DNA from: Acidobacteriota bacterium
GTDB taxonomy: Bacteria > Acidobacteriota > UBA6911 > RPQK01 > JAJDTT01
Length of the DNA: 64,000 nt
Assembly (NCBI GenBank): GCA_965209055.1
Contig: OZ242374.1
Coordinates: 320,001 to 384,000, forward strand
Reading direction: 5' to 3'
Shown: positions 29,284-38,227 of the stretch, in pieces
Position numbering within the stretch: the first letter of the stretch is position 1
How the letters are laid out: every line of letters starts with the position of its first letter
Made by a program: the position numbers and the translations under genes
The notes under the pieces: generated by a model
What the model was told of the DNA's origin: nothing
Seen by the model: the letters and a program-made list of their open reading frames with translations, nothing else
Database searches by the model: none

Positions 29284-29298
29284 GGGACTGTTAGTCCC
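29284..29298 (+). repeat. Right att core, GGGACTGTTAGTCCC
   Basis: Identical to 17540-17554; 66 bp downstream of the integrase stop. Confidence 0.88.
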
Positions 29299-29344
29299 CC
29301 ATTCTTCCTTTCCCCGATCCTGCTCGGGGTCACTGTTCCACTGG

Positions 29345-29403
29345 AGTTCGGCGGTAAGAAAACCGCCGCTCCAGTTCGGCGGTTAGGAAACCGCCGCCCC
29401 TAT
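29345..29403 (-). repeat. Two tandem REP-like hairpins
   Basis: AGTTCGGCGGT-AAGAAA-ACCGCCGC and AGTTCGGCGGT-TAGGAA-ACCGCCGC; on the minus strand they are preceded by GGAG and ATAG feet. Confidence 0.65.
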
Positions 29404-32237
29404 GCCTTGGCCAGGGCCGGCTCCCGGTGATCCATCGGCACCGGCTCGCCTTCGATGGTCACGTCGGGCAGGGAGAAGCTCTCTTCGATCCCGGTAGCGA
29501 CCTTCTCCAGCCGAACCGCGCTCACCTTGTACTCGGGACAACCGGTGAACTCGTCCTTGGCGTCTCCCACCAGGATGTTGGTGCGGGTCTCGGGATAGTG
29601 GAAGGTCATGAAGACGGTGCCCACGTTGCTGGCCTTGGTGATCTCGGCCTTGACCCGGACCCGTCCCCGGCGGGAGATCACATCCACCAATTCCCCTTCC
29701 TCGATGCCCAGGGAGCGGGCGTCGCGGGGATGGATCCGCACTGTCTCTTCACGGGCCTTGTCCAGCTTGCTCACGGCGGTGCGGCGGGTCTGGGTGCCCA
29801 CGTTGTAGTGGAAGAGCATGCGGCCGGTGGTGAGGTAGAAGGGGAACTCGTCGTCGGGCAGCTCTCCCGGTTCCTGCCAGGGGGTGACCGTCAACTGTGC
29901 CTTGCCGCGCAGGAAGTCCCCTCCCTCATGGACGATCTCCGTTCCCGGATGGTTCTCGTCCCAGCAGGGCCACTGGAGGAAGCCCTCCTTCTCCAGCCGG
30001 TCGTAGCGGACGCCGCCCCACTTGGGAGTGAGCCGGGCGATTTCGTCCATGATCCGGCTGGGGTCGATGGAAGTCCCCGGTCCGTCGTCGAAACCCAGGT
30101 CGAACCCCATGCGGCGGGCCACCGTGTTGACCACGTCGCCGTCGGCCAGGAGGCTGCCGGGCGGCGGCGCCACTTTGCGCACGCGCTGGATCCGGCGGTC
30201 GGAGTTGGTGAAGGTGCCGTCCTTTTCCAGGAACGTGGAGCCGGGCAGCACCACGTCGGCGTACTTGGCCGTCTCGCACATGAAGATGTCCTGCACCACC
30301 AGGAAGTCCAGCTTCTCCAGGGCTCCCACCACATGGGCCGTGTCCGGGTCCGACTGGGCGATGTCTTCGGCCAGCACGTACATGGCCTTGAGAGTGCCTT
30401 CGTGGGCCGCGTCGAACATGTCGGGGATGCGCAGACCGGCGTTGTCCGGCATGGAACAACCCCAGACCGCCTCGTGCTCGGCCCGCGCCTGGGGATCGGT
30501 GGTCTGGCGGTAGTCGCTGAAGACGTTGGGCAGCGCGCCCATGTCGGATGCGCCCTGCACGTTGTTCTGTCCCCGGATGGGACAGGTTCCTGTGCCGGGC
30601 CGCCCGATGTTCCCGGTCATGACCGCCATGTTGATCATGCCGAAGACGGCGTTGGAGCCGTGTCCGGCCTCGGTCACTCCCAGACCCCACAGGATCTGGC
30701 TGGCGCCGCTGGCCGCATACATCCGGGCCGCCTTGCGAATCAGCCCGGGCTCCACCCCGCTGATCTCGCCGGCCCACTCGGGCGTGCAGGATGCCAACTC
30801 GGCCCGGAGTTCGTCGAATCCTTCGCTGTACCGGTCGATGAAGTCCTGGTCGATGAGCCCTTCCGTGAGCAGGACGTGCTGCATGGCGTTGATCACGGCC
30901 ACGTTGGAGCCGGGCTTCAACGGCAAGTGCAGGTCGGACCATCTCGCCAGCTCCGTGTTCCGGGGGTCCAGGACGATGAGCTGGCAGCCCTTGAGGACGG
31001 CCTGTTTCATCCGGGCCCCGAAGACCGGATGGGCCTCCGTGGGGTTGGCGCCCACGATCATGAGCAGCTTCGACCTCTCCACATCCTGGAAGCTGTTGGT
31101 CCCGGCCCCCGTCCCCAACGCGGCGCCCAGAGCGAAGGCGGAGGGGGAGTGGCAGACTCGTGAGCAGTTGTCCACGGAGTTGGTCCGCATGATGGTGCGG
31201 GTGAACTTCTGGGTCAGGAAATTCTCTTCGTTGGTGCAGCGGGAGGAACTGATGAAGGCGAACCCTTCCGGGCCGTACCGTTCCCGGACCTCCAGTAGAT
31301 TGCTGGCGATCAGGTCGAAGGCCTCGTCCCAGGAGGCCTCGCGGAAGTTGCCTTCGCCGTCCTTGATCAGGGGAACCCGCAGCCGGTCCTTGCTCTTCCC
31401 GAATTGATGGGCGAACCGCCCCTTGACGCAGGTGTGGCCCAGATTCGCGCTCCCCTCGGGATTCGGCTCGATGTTGACGATCTCGCCGTCCTTCATGTTC
31501 ACGTTCAGCGAACAGCCGACTCCGCAGTAGCTGCAGGTGGTGGTGACGGTCTCGTCAGGCAGGCCGTGGGCCCGGGTCTGGGTCTCCTCCAGCGCGGCCA
31601 CGGGACACTCGAACACACACTGGCCGCAACTGACGCAGTCGGCCTCCTCGAACCCGGTGTCGTTCCCCGCGATGACCTGGACGTCGTACCCGCGGCCGGA
31701 CATTCCCAGGATGAAGGAACCCTGGATCTCGTCGCAGGCCCGCACGCACCGGGCGCAGCCGATGCACTTGTCCATCTCCAGCTTGATGAAGGGATGGGTG
31801 TTGTCCATGGGGGGTGTGTGCGTGCGCGGGTTCTCGTAACGGGGAGTGCGCAGACCCACGTCCTGGGCCAGGGACTGGAGCTCGCAACGCCCGTTGGCGG
31901 TGCAGTCCAGGCATTCCAGCGGATGGTCCGAGACGATCAGCTCGGTGATGTTGCGACGCAGACGGGTGAGCAGGGGCGACCGGGTGGTGTAGACGCCGCC
32001 TTCCCGAACCTGCGTGTGACACGACGCAACCGGTTTCCCTCCATCCTGTTCCACCAGGCAGGTCCGGCAGGCGCCGAACGGCTCCATGCGATCGGAGTAG
32101 CAGAGCGTGGGAACGGTGCTCCCAATGGGCTTCATGGCCTCCAGGATGGTCGCTCCGCGCGGGACCATGACGGACTGCCCATCGATGGTCGCGGATACGT
32201 GCCCATTCCGGGAGCCGTGCCCGTTCTGTTGGCTCAT
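29400..32237 (-). CDS. fdhF: NAD-linked formate dehydrogenase alpha subunit (Mo/W-bisPGD, NuoG-like Fe-S N-terminus)
   Basis: GACRTCLVE, HPLECLDC, CIGCARC, CVSCGQC, CSYCGVGC, RVCH active-site Cys, RGQNNVQG. Confidence 0.92.
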   Translation of the reverse strand: MSQQNGHGSRNGHVSATIDGQSVMVPRGATILEAMKPIGSTVPTLCYSDRMEPFGACRTCLVEQDGGKPVASCHTQVREGGVYTTRSPLLTRLRRNITELIVSDHPLECLDCTANGRCELQSLAQDVGLRTPRYENPRTHTPPMDNTHPFIKLEMDKCIGCARCVRACDEIQGSFILGMSGRGYDVQVIAGNDTGFEEADCVSCGQCVFECPVAALEETQTRAHGLPDETVTTTCSYCGVGCSLNVNMKDGEIVNIEPNPEGSANLGHTCVKGRFAHQFGKSKDRLRVPLIKDGEGNFREASWDEAFDLIASNLLEVRERYGPEGFAFISSSRCTNEENFLTQKFTRTIMRTNSVDNCSRVCHSPSAFALGAALGTGAGTNSFQDVERSKLLMIVGANPTEAHPVFGARMKQAVLKGCQLIVLDPRNTELARWSDLHLPLKPGSNVAVINAMQHVLLTEGLIDQDFIDRYSEGFDELRAELASCTPEWAGEISGVEPGLIRKAARMYAASGASQILWGLGVTEAGHGSNAVFGMINMAVMTGNIGRPGTGTCPIRGQNNVQGASDMGALPNVFSDYRQTTDPQARAEHEAVWGCSMPDNAGLRIPDMFDAAHEGTLKAMYVLAEDIAQSDPDTAHVVGALEKLDFLVVQDIFMCETAKYADVVLPGSTFLEKDGTFTNSDRRIQRVRKVAPPPGSLLADGDVVNTVARRMGFDLGFDDGPGTSIDPSRIMDEIARLTPKWGGVRYDRLEKEGFLQWPCWDENHPGTEIVHEGGDFLRGKAQLTVTPWQEPGELPDDEFPFYLTTGRMLFHYNVGTQTRRTAVSKLDKAREETVRIHPRDARSLGIEEGELVDVISRRGRVRVKAEITKASNVGTVFMTFHYPETRTNILVGDAKDEFTGCPEYKVSAVRLEKVATGIEESFSLPDVTIEGEPVPMDHREPALAKA

Positions 32238-32290
32238 AAGCGAGTTCCTATACCGTACCCACCAGTTTACTACGTTTTAACGGGAATCTT

Positions 32291-32332
32291 CTACGCGCTC
32301 CGGTACTTGTCGATTTCTTCCGGAAAGAACTC
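32291..32332 (-). pseudogene. Duplicated, diverged 3' end of the NuoEF-like gene
   Basis: Encodes EFFPEEIDKYRSA*; the intact gene ends EFFPDEIDRYRR*. Confidence 0.75.
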
Positions 32333-32334
32333 CG

Positions 32335-32358
32335 GGAGGGGGGACATTCCTGTCCCCC
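32335..32358 (+). repeat. REP-like hairpin GGAGGGGGGAC-ATTCCT-GTCCCCC
   Basis: Same arms as the island's reconstructed empty site, with a different loop. Confidence 0.7.
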
Positions 32359-32395
32359 TCTTCATAGCCGACCCGGAACCGGACTATTTCCTCGT

Positions 32396-34156
32396 TCATC
32401 TGCGGTACCGATCGATCTCATCGGGAAAGAACTCCATCAAATTCTCGATGGGAATGGGGATCATTCCGCCCAGAGCGCAGAGGCTGCCGTATTTCATGGT
32501 CTCGCACAATTCCGAGAGCAACTGCAGTTTGTCGTCGGTCACGCCGGAGCCGTCGGGGTCCAGAAACTGGTCGAACATTTCGGTTCCCCGCACGGCGCCG
32601 ATACGGCAGGGGAAGCACTTCCCGCAGCTTTCCACGGCGCAGAAGGCCATCAGGGCGCGGCCGATCTCCACCAGGTCGTCCCCTTGGGAATAGACCACCA
32701 CCCCGGCATGCCCCAGGATGCCGCCGGCTTCGGCCATGGTCTCGAACGCCAGGGGGGTGTCCAGCTTGCTCTCGGGCAGGATGCCTCCCAAGGGTCCTCC
32801 CACCTGGACCGCCTTGAAGACCTCTCCGGACGCCATTCCGCCGGCCCGGCGGAAGATCAGGTCCCGCAAGGTGACCCCCAACTCGATCTCGTAGAGCCCC
32901 GGACGCCGGACCCGGGTGTTGAGGCTCACCAGCTTGGTCCCCCGGGATTTCCCATGTCCGAAAGCGGCATAGGCCTCCCCGCCGTGTTCGATGATCCAGG
33001 GGAGGTTGTGCAGCGTCTCGACGTTGTTCACTGCAGTGGGGCAGCCGTAGAGCCCCTTCTCGGCCGGGAATGGGGGTTTGAAGCTGACGATGGCCGGGAC
33101 CCCTTCGATGGACCGGAGCAGCGAGGTCTCCTCGCCGCAGATATAGGCTCCCTGACCCTTGACGATCCGCACCCGGCACGAGAAATCGCTTCCCAATATG
33201 TTCGATCCCACGAGGCCGGCTCCTTCGGCCTCGGCGATCGCCTGGCGCATGACTCGAAGCAGGCAGGGGTACTCGAAGCGGATGTAGAGGATGACCTCCT
33301 GGGCGCCGCACGAGTACGCGGCCAGCAGCGCGCCTTCCAGCTGGGTGTGGGGATCGCGCTCCATCAGTTCCTTGTCGATATAGGAGCCCGCGTCCCCTTC
33401 GTCGCAATTGACCACCACGAACTTGCGGCCGTCGGCCGAAGCGGATCGTGACACCGTTTCCAACTTGATGCCCGACGGAAAACCGGCTCCCCCGCGTCCG
33501 CGAAGCTGGCTGGCCTTGATCTCGTCGATCACCTGTTGGGGACTCATGGACGCCAGAGCCTTCTCCAGGGAACCGTAAGCTCCTGCCTCGCGGGCGCCCT
33601 GGAGAGACGCGACGTCGCGGTCGAACCGCCTGAGCAGGATGCACGGTTCCCCGTCACGCGGCATGTGGATCGGGTTGTTGGGTTCGTTCAGTCCATGCGA
33701 AGCGCCGGAACGCGCGTACTCCAGCACCGATTCGAGCGCTCCTTCGCCGGCCATGCTGACCGGCTCATTGTCCAGCATGACGTTGGGTCCCAAGCCGCAA
33801 TAGCCGAGACAGGTGACGTGCTCCACCCGCACCCCGTTGGCGCCGACGCCCCCGGGAGCGTCGAGGCCGCAGGCTTCAAGAAGCTTTTCCTCGCAGGAAA
33901 CGAAGCCGGCGACGCGGCAAGCCTCGCCGTTGCAGACCTTGACGACGCGTTCGGCCGGCCGGTCGTGGGTGAGCTCCTCGTAGAACTTGGCCGTGGCGCG
34001 GATCTGCTGCGGAGGGAGATGGTGCTGCCGCGCCAGACGGTCGATGTCCCGGTCGCCGATGTAGCCCTGCCGCTCGTGAAGCTTCGAAAGCTCGTCGTAG
34101 ACGGTCTGTCCATGGCCCAGAAACTTGTTCTGGAGGGCGATCAGGTTCTCGCTCAT
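32396..34156 (-). CDS. Formate dehydrogenase beta subunit, NuoE-NuoF fusion (2Fe-2S, FMN/NADH, 4Fe-4S)
   Basis: CNGEAC and CLGYC; LRGRGGAGFP, NCDEGD, YICGEET, ESCGKCFPCR, SLCALG. Confidence 0.92.
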   Translation of the reverse strand: MSENLIALQNKFLGHGQTVYDELSKLHERQGYIGDRDIDRLARQHHLPPQQIRATAKFYEELTHDRPAERVVKVCNGEACRVAGFVSCEEKLLEACGLDAPGGVGANGVRVEHVTCLGYCGLGPNVMLDNEPVSMAGEGALESVLEYARSGASHGLNEPNNPIHMPRDGEPCILLRRFDRDVASLQGAREAGAYGSLEKALASMSPQQVIDEIKASQLRGRGGAGFPSGIKLETVSRSASADGRKFVVVNCDEGDAGSYIDKELMERDPHTQLEGALLAAYSCGAQEVILYIRFEYPCLLRVMRQAIAEAEGAGLVGSNILGSDFSCRVRIVKGQGAYICGEETSLLRSIEGVPAIVSFKPPFPAEKGLYGCPTAVNNVETLHNLPWIIEHGGEAYAAFGHGKSRGTKLVSLNTRVRRPGLYEIELGVTLRDLIFRRAGGMASGEVFKAVQVGGPLGGILPESKLDTPLAFETMAEAGGILGHAGVVVYSQGDDLVEIGRALMAFCAVESCGKCFPCRIGAVRGTEMFDQFLDPDGSGVTDDKLQLLSELCETMKYGSLCALGGMIPIPIENLMEFFPDEIDRYRR

Positions 34157-34175
34157 GGGGCAATCCCTCCCGGCG

Positions 34176-35789
34176 TCAGGTTAGCAGAGCCATCCCGCCG
34201 CTGCCGGTGTCGGCGCCTCCCGAGAGCTGTCCGGTCTCGGGATCGATGACGATGGCATGAACCAGTCCCATCCCGCCGTGACTCAGGGGCAGCCGCTCGA
34301 TGGGATGGTTCCGGCGAACCTGGGCGCAGACGAATTCGGGGATCCGGGCCTGGCAGCGGATCAGGTCTCCCTGGCAGTCGAAGCGGGGAGCCAGCACCGC
34401 GTCGCTGGCGCTCATTCCGAAATCCAGGATGTTGACCAGGACCTGGAGGACGGAAGTGATGATTCGAGTCGCGCCGGGTGCGCCGATCACCACCACCGGG
34501 CGATCCCCCTTGTAGACCAGGGTCGGCGTCATTCCCGTGGTTCGCCCCTTGCCCGGCGCGATGGAGTTGGGATGCCCGGCCAGGGGGTGAAAGTTGATCA
34601 TGGAGTTGTTGTACATGAAGCCCAGTCCCGGCGTGATCACTCCGGACGACATCCCCAGGGAATGGGTCAGAGAGACGCAGTTTCCCTCTGAGTCCACCAC
34701 GCTCACCTGGGTCGTGTCGGGCGGTTCCGGCGCCATGGGCTCCACGGTGATGGCGCCGCCCTCCTCGATGGTGCGGCGCCACTGGGAGGCGCGTTCCTTG
34801 GAGGTCATCCAGTCCAGGGGAACGTCCACGAAATCCGGATCGGCCAGATGCAGGCTCCGGTCGGCGAAGGCGGCCTTCATGGCCATGGCGACGCGCTCGA
34901 TATAGGCCGGGGAGTTGTGCCGCAGGCTGGCAACGTCCCAGCCTTCCAGGATGTTCAGAATGGCCGCCAGAGTCGGTCCTCCGTGGGGAGGCTGGGAGCT
35001 GACCACCCGGTATCCCCGATAGCTTCCCACCACGGGTTCCGGATCCCGGAGCCGGTAGCCCGCCAGGTCGCCGCCGGTCACGAAGCTGCCGTTGGCCGCG
35101 AGGTCGGCGGCCATGGTTTCCGCCAGTTCTCCCCGGTAGAAATCTTCGGGGCCGGCTTCGGCCAAGTGCTCGAGGGTCGAGGCATAGTCGGGGTTGGCGA
35201 CCCGATCCCCGACCTCGCGGGGGAGCCCCTCCTCGTTGAGATAGATCCGGCTCGCCTCGGCATTGCCCCGGACGTAGTCCATCAGGCAGGAAGCTTCGGG
35301 ATAGGCCGGCCTGGCTCTCCATCCGTCGGCCAGGGATTTGTCCACCAGGAACCCCTCCCGGGCGATTCTGGCCGCCGGCTCCAGGACTGCCTTCCAGGAA
35401 AGGGTTCCCCAGCGCTCCAGCATGGCGGCGAATCCCTTGACCGCTCCGGGGACGCAGACCGACTGGTAACCCAGGTCGTTGACCTTGTCCTTCAGGAAGA
35501 AACCCCAGCCGTCGGGGTTGGGTCCCAGGATCGCCTTCTCCCACATGGCGGGAGAGACCTTCGATCCGGCCAGAGCGGGAGCATCCAGGACCCGTCCGTT
35601 CCCGCCGGAATCGCCGGCGAGGTGGAGGGTCGTAATGATGTAGCCACCGATCCCGCACATGTGGGGGCTCGCGACCGACTGCACCAGGGCGCAGGTGACG
35701 GCGGCGTCCACGGCGTTGCCGCCCGCCATCAGGACCTTGGCCCCCTCTTCCACGGCTACGGGCTGGGGAGCGACGATCATTCCGGGCAT
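34176..35789 (-). CDS. ggt: Gamma-glutamyltransferase
   Basis: GGNAVDAA, DTT nucleophile site, YNNSM, GAPG. Confidence 0.9.
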   Translation of the reverse strand: MPGMIVAPQPVAVEEGAKVLMAGGNAVDAAVTCALVQSVASPHMCGIGGYIITTLHLAGDSGGNGRVLDAPALAGSKVSPAMWEKAILGPNPDGWGFFLKDKVNDLGYQSVCVPGAVKGFAAMLERWGTLSWKAVLEPAARIAREGFLVDKSLADGWRARPAYPEASCLMDYVRGNAEASRIYLNEEGLPREVGDRVANPDYASTLEHLAEAGPEDFYRGELAETMAADLAANGSFVTGGDLAGYRLRDPEPVVGSYRGYRVVSSQPPHGGPTLAAILNILEGWDVASLRHNSPAYIERVAMAMKAAFADRSLHLADPDFVDVPLDWMTSKERASQWRRTIEEGGAITVEPMAPEPPDTTQVSVVDSEGNCVSLTHSLGMSSGVITPGLGFMYNNSMINFHPLAGHPNSIAPGKGRTTGMTPTLVYKGDRPVVVIGAPGATRIITSVLQVLVNILDFGMSASDAVLAPRFDCQGDLIRCQARIPEFVCAQVRRNHPIERLPLSHGGMGLVHAIVIDPETGQLSGGADTGSGGMALLT

Positions 35790-36035
35790 GGGCGACCTTC
35801 CTGTCAGATTCTAACTCTATTCAGCACTATGGTTTGCCCGCCATCTTCCGTTTCCCGGTCTTTTTGGCGAGCCAATCGGAAAATGCCGATGAACCCCGGC
35901 CACAATGCCTGAAACGATCATGCAAGTCGAGTCGTGGCGGTCCACCGGGAGAGAATGTTTGGACGTCGAACTTGTAGTGCGACCGTTGTATCCTGAAGAG
36001 TGTCCACGTCCGCAACAACTATAGGAACCAGGTAA

Positions 36036-36290
36036 ATGACATCTATGATGACAATAAAACTTTCGATGGACACGAAACTCCTGGGACGGATTGAGAAACG
36101 CGCTCAGCAACTCGGTACAACACGATCCGCGTTTACCCGGGAGGCCTTGCGGGCCGCGTTGGACCGCTACGACGAAGCGGAATCGGAAGCGCAGCACCGA
36201 GCCGGTTATCGTCGGCTTCCGAACATCCCGGGAGAGTTTTTGGTTCCGGAAGAGGACTTCGTTTGGGGCGATCGTGCATGGAGTGATTGA
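36036..36290 (+). CDS. Ribbon-helix-helix (CopG/MazE-like) antitoxin
   Basis: TIKLSMD...TRSAFTREAL; acidic C-terminus with AGY. Confidence 0.8.
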   Translation: MTSMMTIKLSMDTKLLGRIEKRAQQLGTTRSAFTREALRAALDRYDEAESEAQHRAGYRRLPNIPGEFLVPEEDFVWGDRAWSD

Positions 36291-36292
36291 CT

Positions 36293-36373
36293 ATGCACCG
36301 TGGTGAGATCCGTTGTTGTCGAACCGGGCAGCGTTACTGGCGAGACATCTGTCGGCTGCCGTATCATCGTTGA
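36293..36373 (+). pseudogene. Truncated MazF/PemK toxin
   Basis: MHRGEIR start 2 nt after the antitoxin, typical of the PemK N-terminus; similarity is lost after about 8 codons and the frame stops at codon 27. Confidence 0.55.
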
Positions 36374-36379
36374 GCAGCC

Positions 36380-36559
36380 ATGCGGGAGATTGTCTTCGTC
36401 GTCGAGGAAGCCCCAGAGAGCGGATTCACTGCGCGTGCCTTGGGTGTTTCGATTTTTACTGAAGCCGACACGCTTCCGGAGCTTCACGCAGCGATGCGGG
36501 ATGCTGTCCGGTGTCACTTTGAAGAGCGCGATCGACCGAAAGTTATTCGGCTACATTAA
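36380..36559 (+). CDS. HicB-like small antitoxin, probably 3'-truncated (below the ORF-track cutoff)
   Basis: Manual translation MREIVFVVEEAPESGFTARALGVSIFTEADTLPELHAAMRDAVRCHFEERDRPKVIRLH*. Confidence 0.7.
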   Translation: MREIVFVVEEAPESGFTARALGVSIFTEADTLPELHAAMRDAVRCHFEERDRPKVIRLH

Positions 36560-36568
36560 CAAAGTCCG

Positions 36569-38074
36569 CTATTCGCTCCCCACCACATAGACGGCGTAAA
36601 GGCGAGCGTCTTCCGGGTAAATTCCTTCCCAATTCACGCGGACGCGGATTGGCCCGTCCACGCCTGCCAGTTGGTCCTTGCCGCGCCACGTCACCCGTTG
36701 CCGCAGGCCCGGTTCCTGCAGCGCAATCGAGGCGTCTCCCGAATAACCGGGCAACGGCCGGAGCCGGTGGTCCAGGACCTCGACCCGGAGCTGGCTCTTC
36801 TCCGACAGCCCGGAGGCGTTGACGTAGATCTCCGCTTGCGGGGAATCCAATTCGATCGGCGTGGAGAGGAAATGGGCGCCTTCCGTCCGGGGCGCCGCGG
36901 CGAAATATCCCAGCCGGTCCCGGCCCCAGGTGGCCAGACGGACTCCCGAGGGACTCTCGGGGTTGAACGCGACCCAGATGCTGTACCAGAAGAAGGTCCG
37001 GTCGCCGATGTTCTCGAACCCCTGACCCTGGAGCAGCCGCGGTTCGGCGCCGTCCGGTTCCTCGTAGGAGGGAAGGATCTTGAAGTCGGGGATCGGCTCC
37101 TTGAAGTGGATGGCGTCGGGGCTCACCACCAGGCCCAGGTCGCAGGTGGAGTAGCGCCGGTCGTTGGTCTGGTTGTCGTATTGGCCGTAAAAACCAATGA
37201 TCACGTTGCCCCGGTTCCAGAGGCTGGCCCCCATGTGCACCTGTGCGCCGCGATGGATCTCGAAGTTGTCGAGGGGACGCGGCGGGAGGGGATTCCTCCG
37301 GAAGCTGAGGTGGGCCGCTTCGCTCCAGTGGTCGAAGTCGTGGGAGATGTAAGTGACCATCTTTCGACCCCGGGCCTTGGGGACGGGGTGGGGGATCGGT
37401 CCCCCCTGTCCGTTCAGGTAGTAGAAGCCGTTGAACCGGATCAGGCCGCCCGTCTCCATGCCGCTGCCCTTGATGATGGGGTTGTTGGGAGAATCGGTCC
37501 AGCTCAGCCCGTCCGGGCTGTACGCCGCCATGATGGCTCGCGGGTGCTCCTCCCGGACCATCTTGAAGCGCCGGCCGGGGTCGGGGTCTTCCGGCTCATG
37601 GAGTACCAGGACGAAGACCCCCTTCATGGGGTCCTTGCCGTTTGACAGCACCAGGTTGTTCCGCCGGTTCCCGTTGTACTCGACGAGTCCCAGGTCCGGC
37701 TTGTCCCAGCGGACGCCGTCCCGGGAGACGGCATAGAGGACCTGCCGTTTCCGGTCCTTGTCCCAACCGGAGTACCACATGCGGTACTCGCCATCGATCT
37801 TCAGGACGGTGCCGTAATAGTAGACCCGCGGGTGGTCCGGGTCTCCCGGCTTGCCCGGAGGGACGACCGGTTTGCTGGGGTGCAGAGGATCGGTTCCGTG
37901 CCCCGTATTGACCGCGCTTTTCTTGCCCGGGACCAGTTCTAGTAACAAACCCTTGCTGAACGGGACGCTGTAGTCGTCAAACGGGAAAAGGACCGTTTCC
38001 TTGCCGGCGCCGGCGCCCGGCTGCAGAGACAGGCCGAAACCGATGAGAACAGCCAAAATCATGCGAAGAGTCAT
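36569..38074 (-). CDS. Secreted five-bladed beta-propeller glycosidase-like protein
   Basis: Signal peptide; YRMWY, YAVSRDGVRWDKPDLG, SPDGLSW Asp-box-like repeats. Confidence 0.7.
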   Translation of the reverse strand: MTLRMILAVLIGFGLSLQPGAGAGKETVLFPFDDYSVPFSKGLLLELVPGKKSAVNTGHGTDPLHPSKPVVPPGKPGDPDHPRVYYYGTVLKIDGEYRMWYSGWDKDRKRQVLYAVSRDGVRWDKPDLGLVEYNGNRRNNLVLSNGKDPMKGVFVLVLHEPEDPDPGRRFKMVREEHPRAIMAAYSPDGLSWTDSPNNPIIKGSGMETGGLIRFNGFYYLNGQGGPIPHPVPKARGRKMVTYISHDFDHWSEAAHLSFRRNPLPPRPLDNFEIHRGAQVHMGASLWNRGNVIIGFYGQYDNQTNDRRYSTCDLGLVVSPDAIHFKEPIPDFKILPSYEEPDGAEPRLLQGQGFENIGDRTFFWYSIWVAFNPESPSGVRLATWGRDRLGYFAAAPRTEGAHFLSTPIELDSPQAEIYVNASGLSEKSQLRVEVLDHRLRPLPGYSGDASIALQEPGLRQRVTWRGKDQLAGVDGPIRVRVNWEGIYPEDARLYAVYVVGSE

Positions 38075-38227
38075 GTTTGGGACCTCCCTGAACATGCGGT
38101 TCCAAGGATTCGGGTCAAGCGCCCGAAAACGAACTTTCCAGATATAATTGGAAGCATACAAGGATACGGTTCCCGTCGGCGAATTTCGCGCCCCGAGGCA
38201 TCGGGGAGTTTCGGACCCGAGTGAAAA

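Larger units (their letters stand above)
17540..29298. mobile_element. Tyrosine-integrase genomic island (about 11.76 kb) with defence cargo
   Basis: Exact 15-bp direct repeats at 17540-17554 and 29284-29298; integrase at the right end; shared arm repeats at both ends; visibly less GC-skewed codons than the flanks. Confidence 0.88.

Noticed and set aside
29218-29345. tRNA or tmRNA fragment at the integration site
   Set aside because: No T-loop, cloverleaf or CCA-ended acceptor stem is recognisable at either att site; a tRNAscan-SE/ARAGORN run would confirm.
29345-29403. Tandem 25-nt repeats as a mini CRISPR array
   Set aside because: Only two units, separated by 3 nt, with no spacers or cas genes; better explained as REP-like hairpins.
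29400-32237. Possible selenocysteine in the formate dehydrogenase
   Set aside because: The active site reads RVCH with a Cys codon and there is no in-frame TGA.
35919-35931. CATGCAAGTCGAG, matching a conserved 16S rRNA 5' segment
   Set aside because: Only 13 nt, and the flanks do not continue as rRNA; likely chance.
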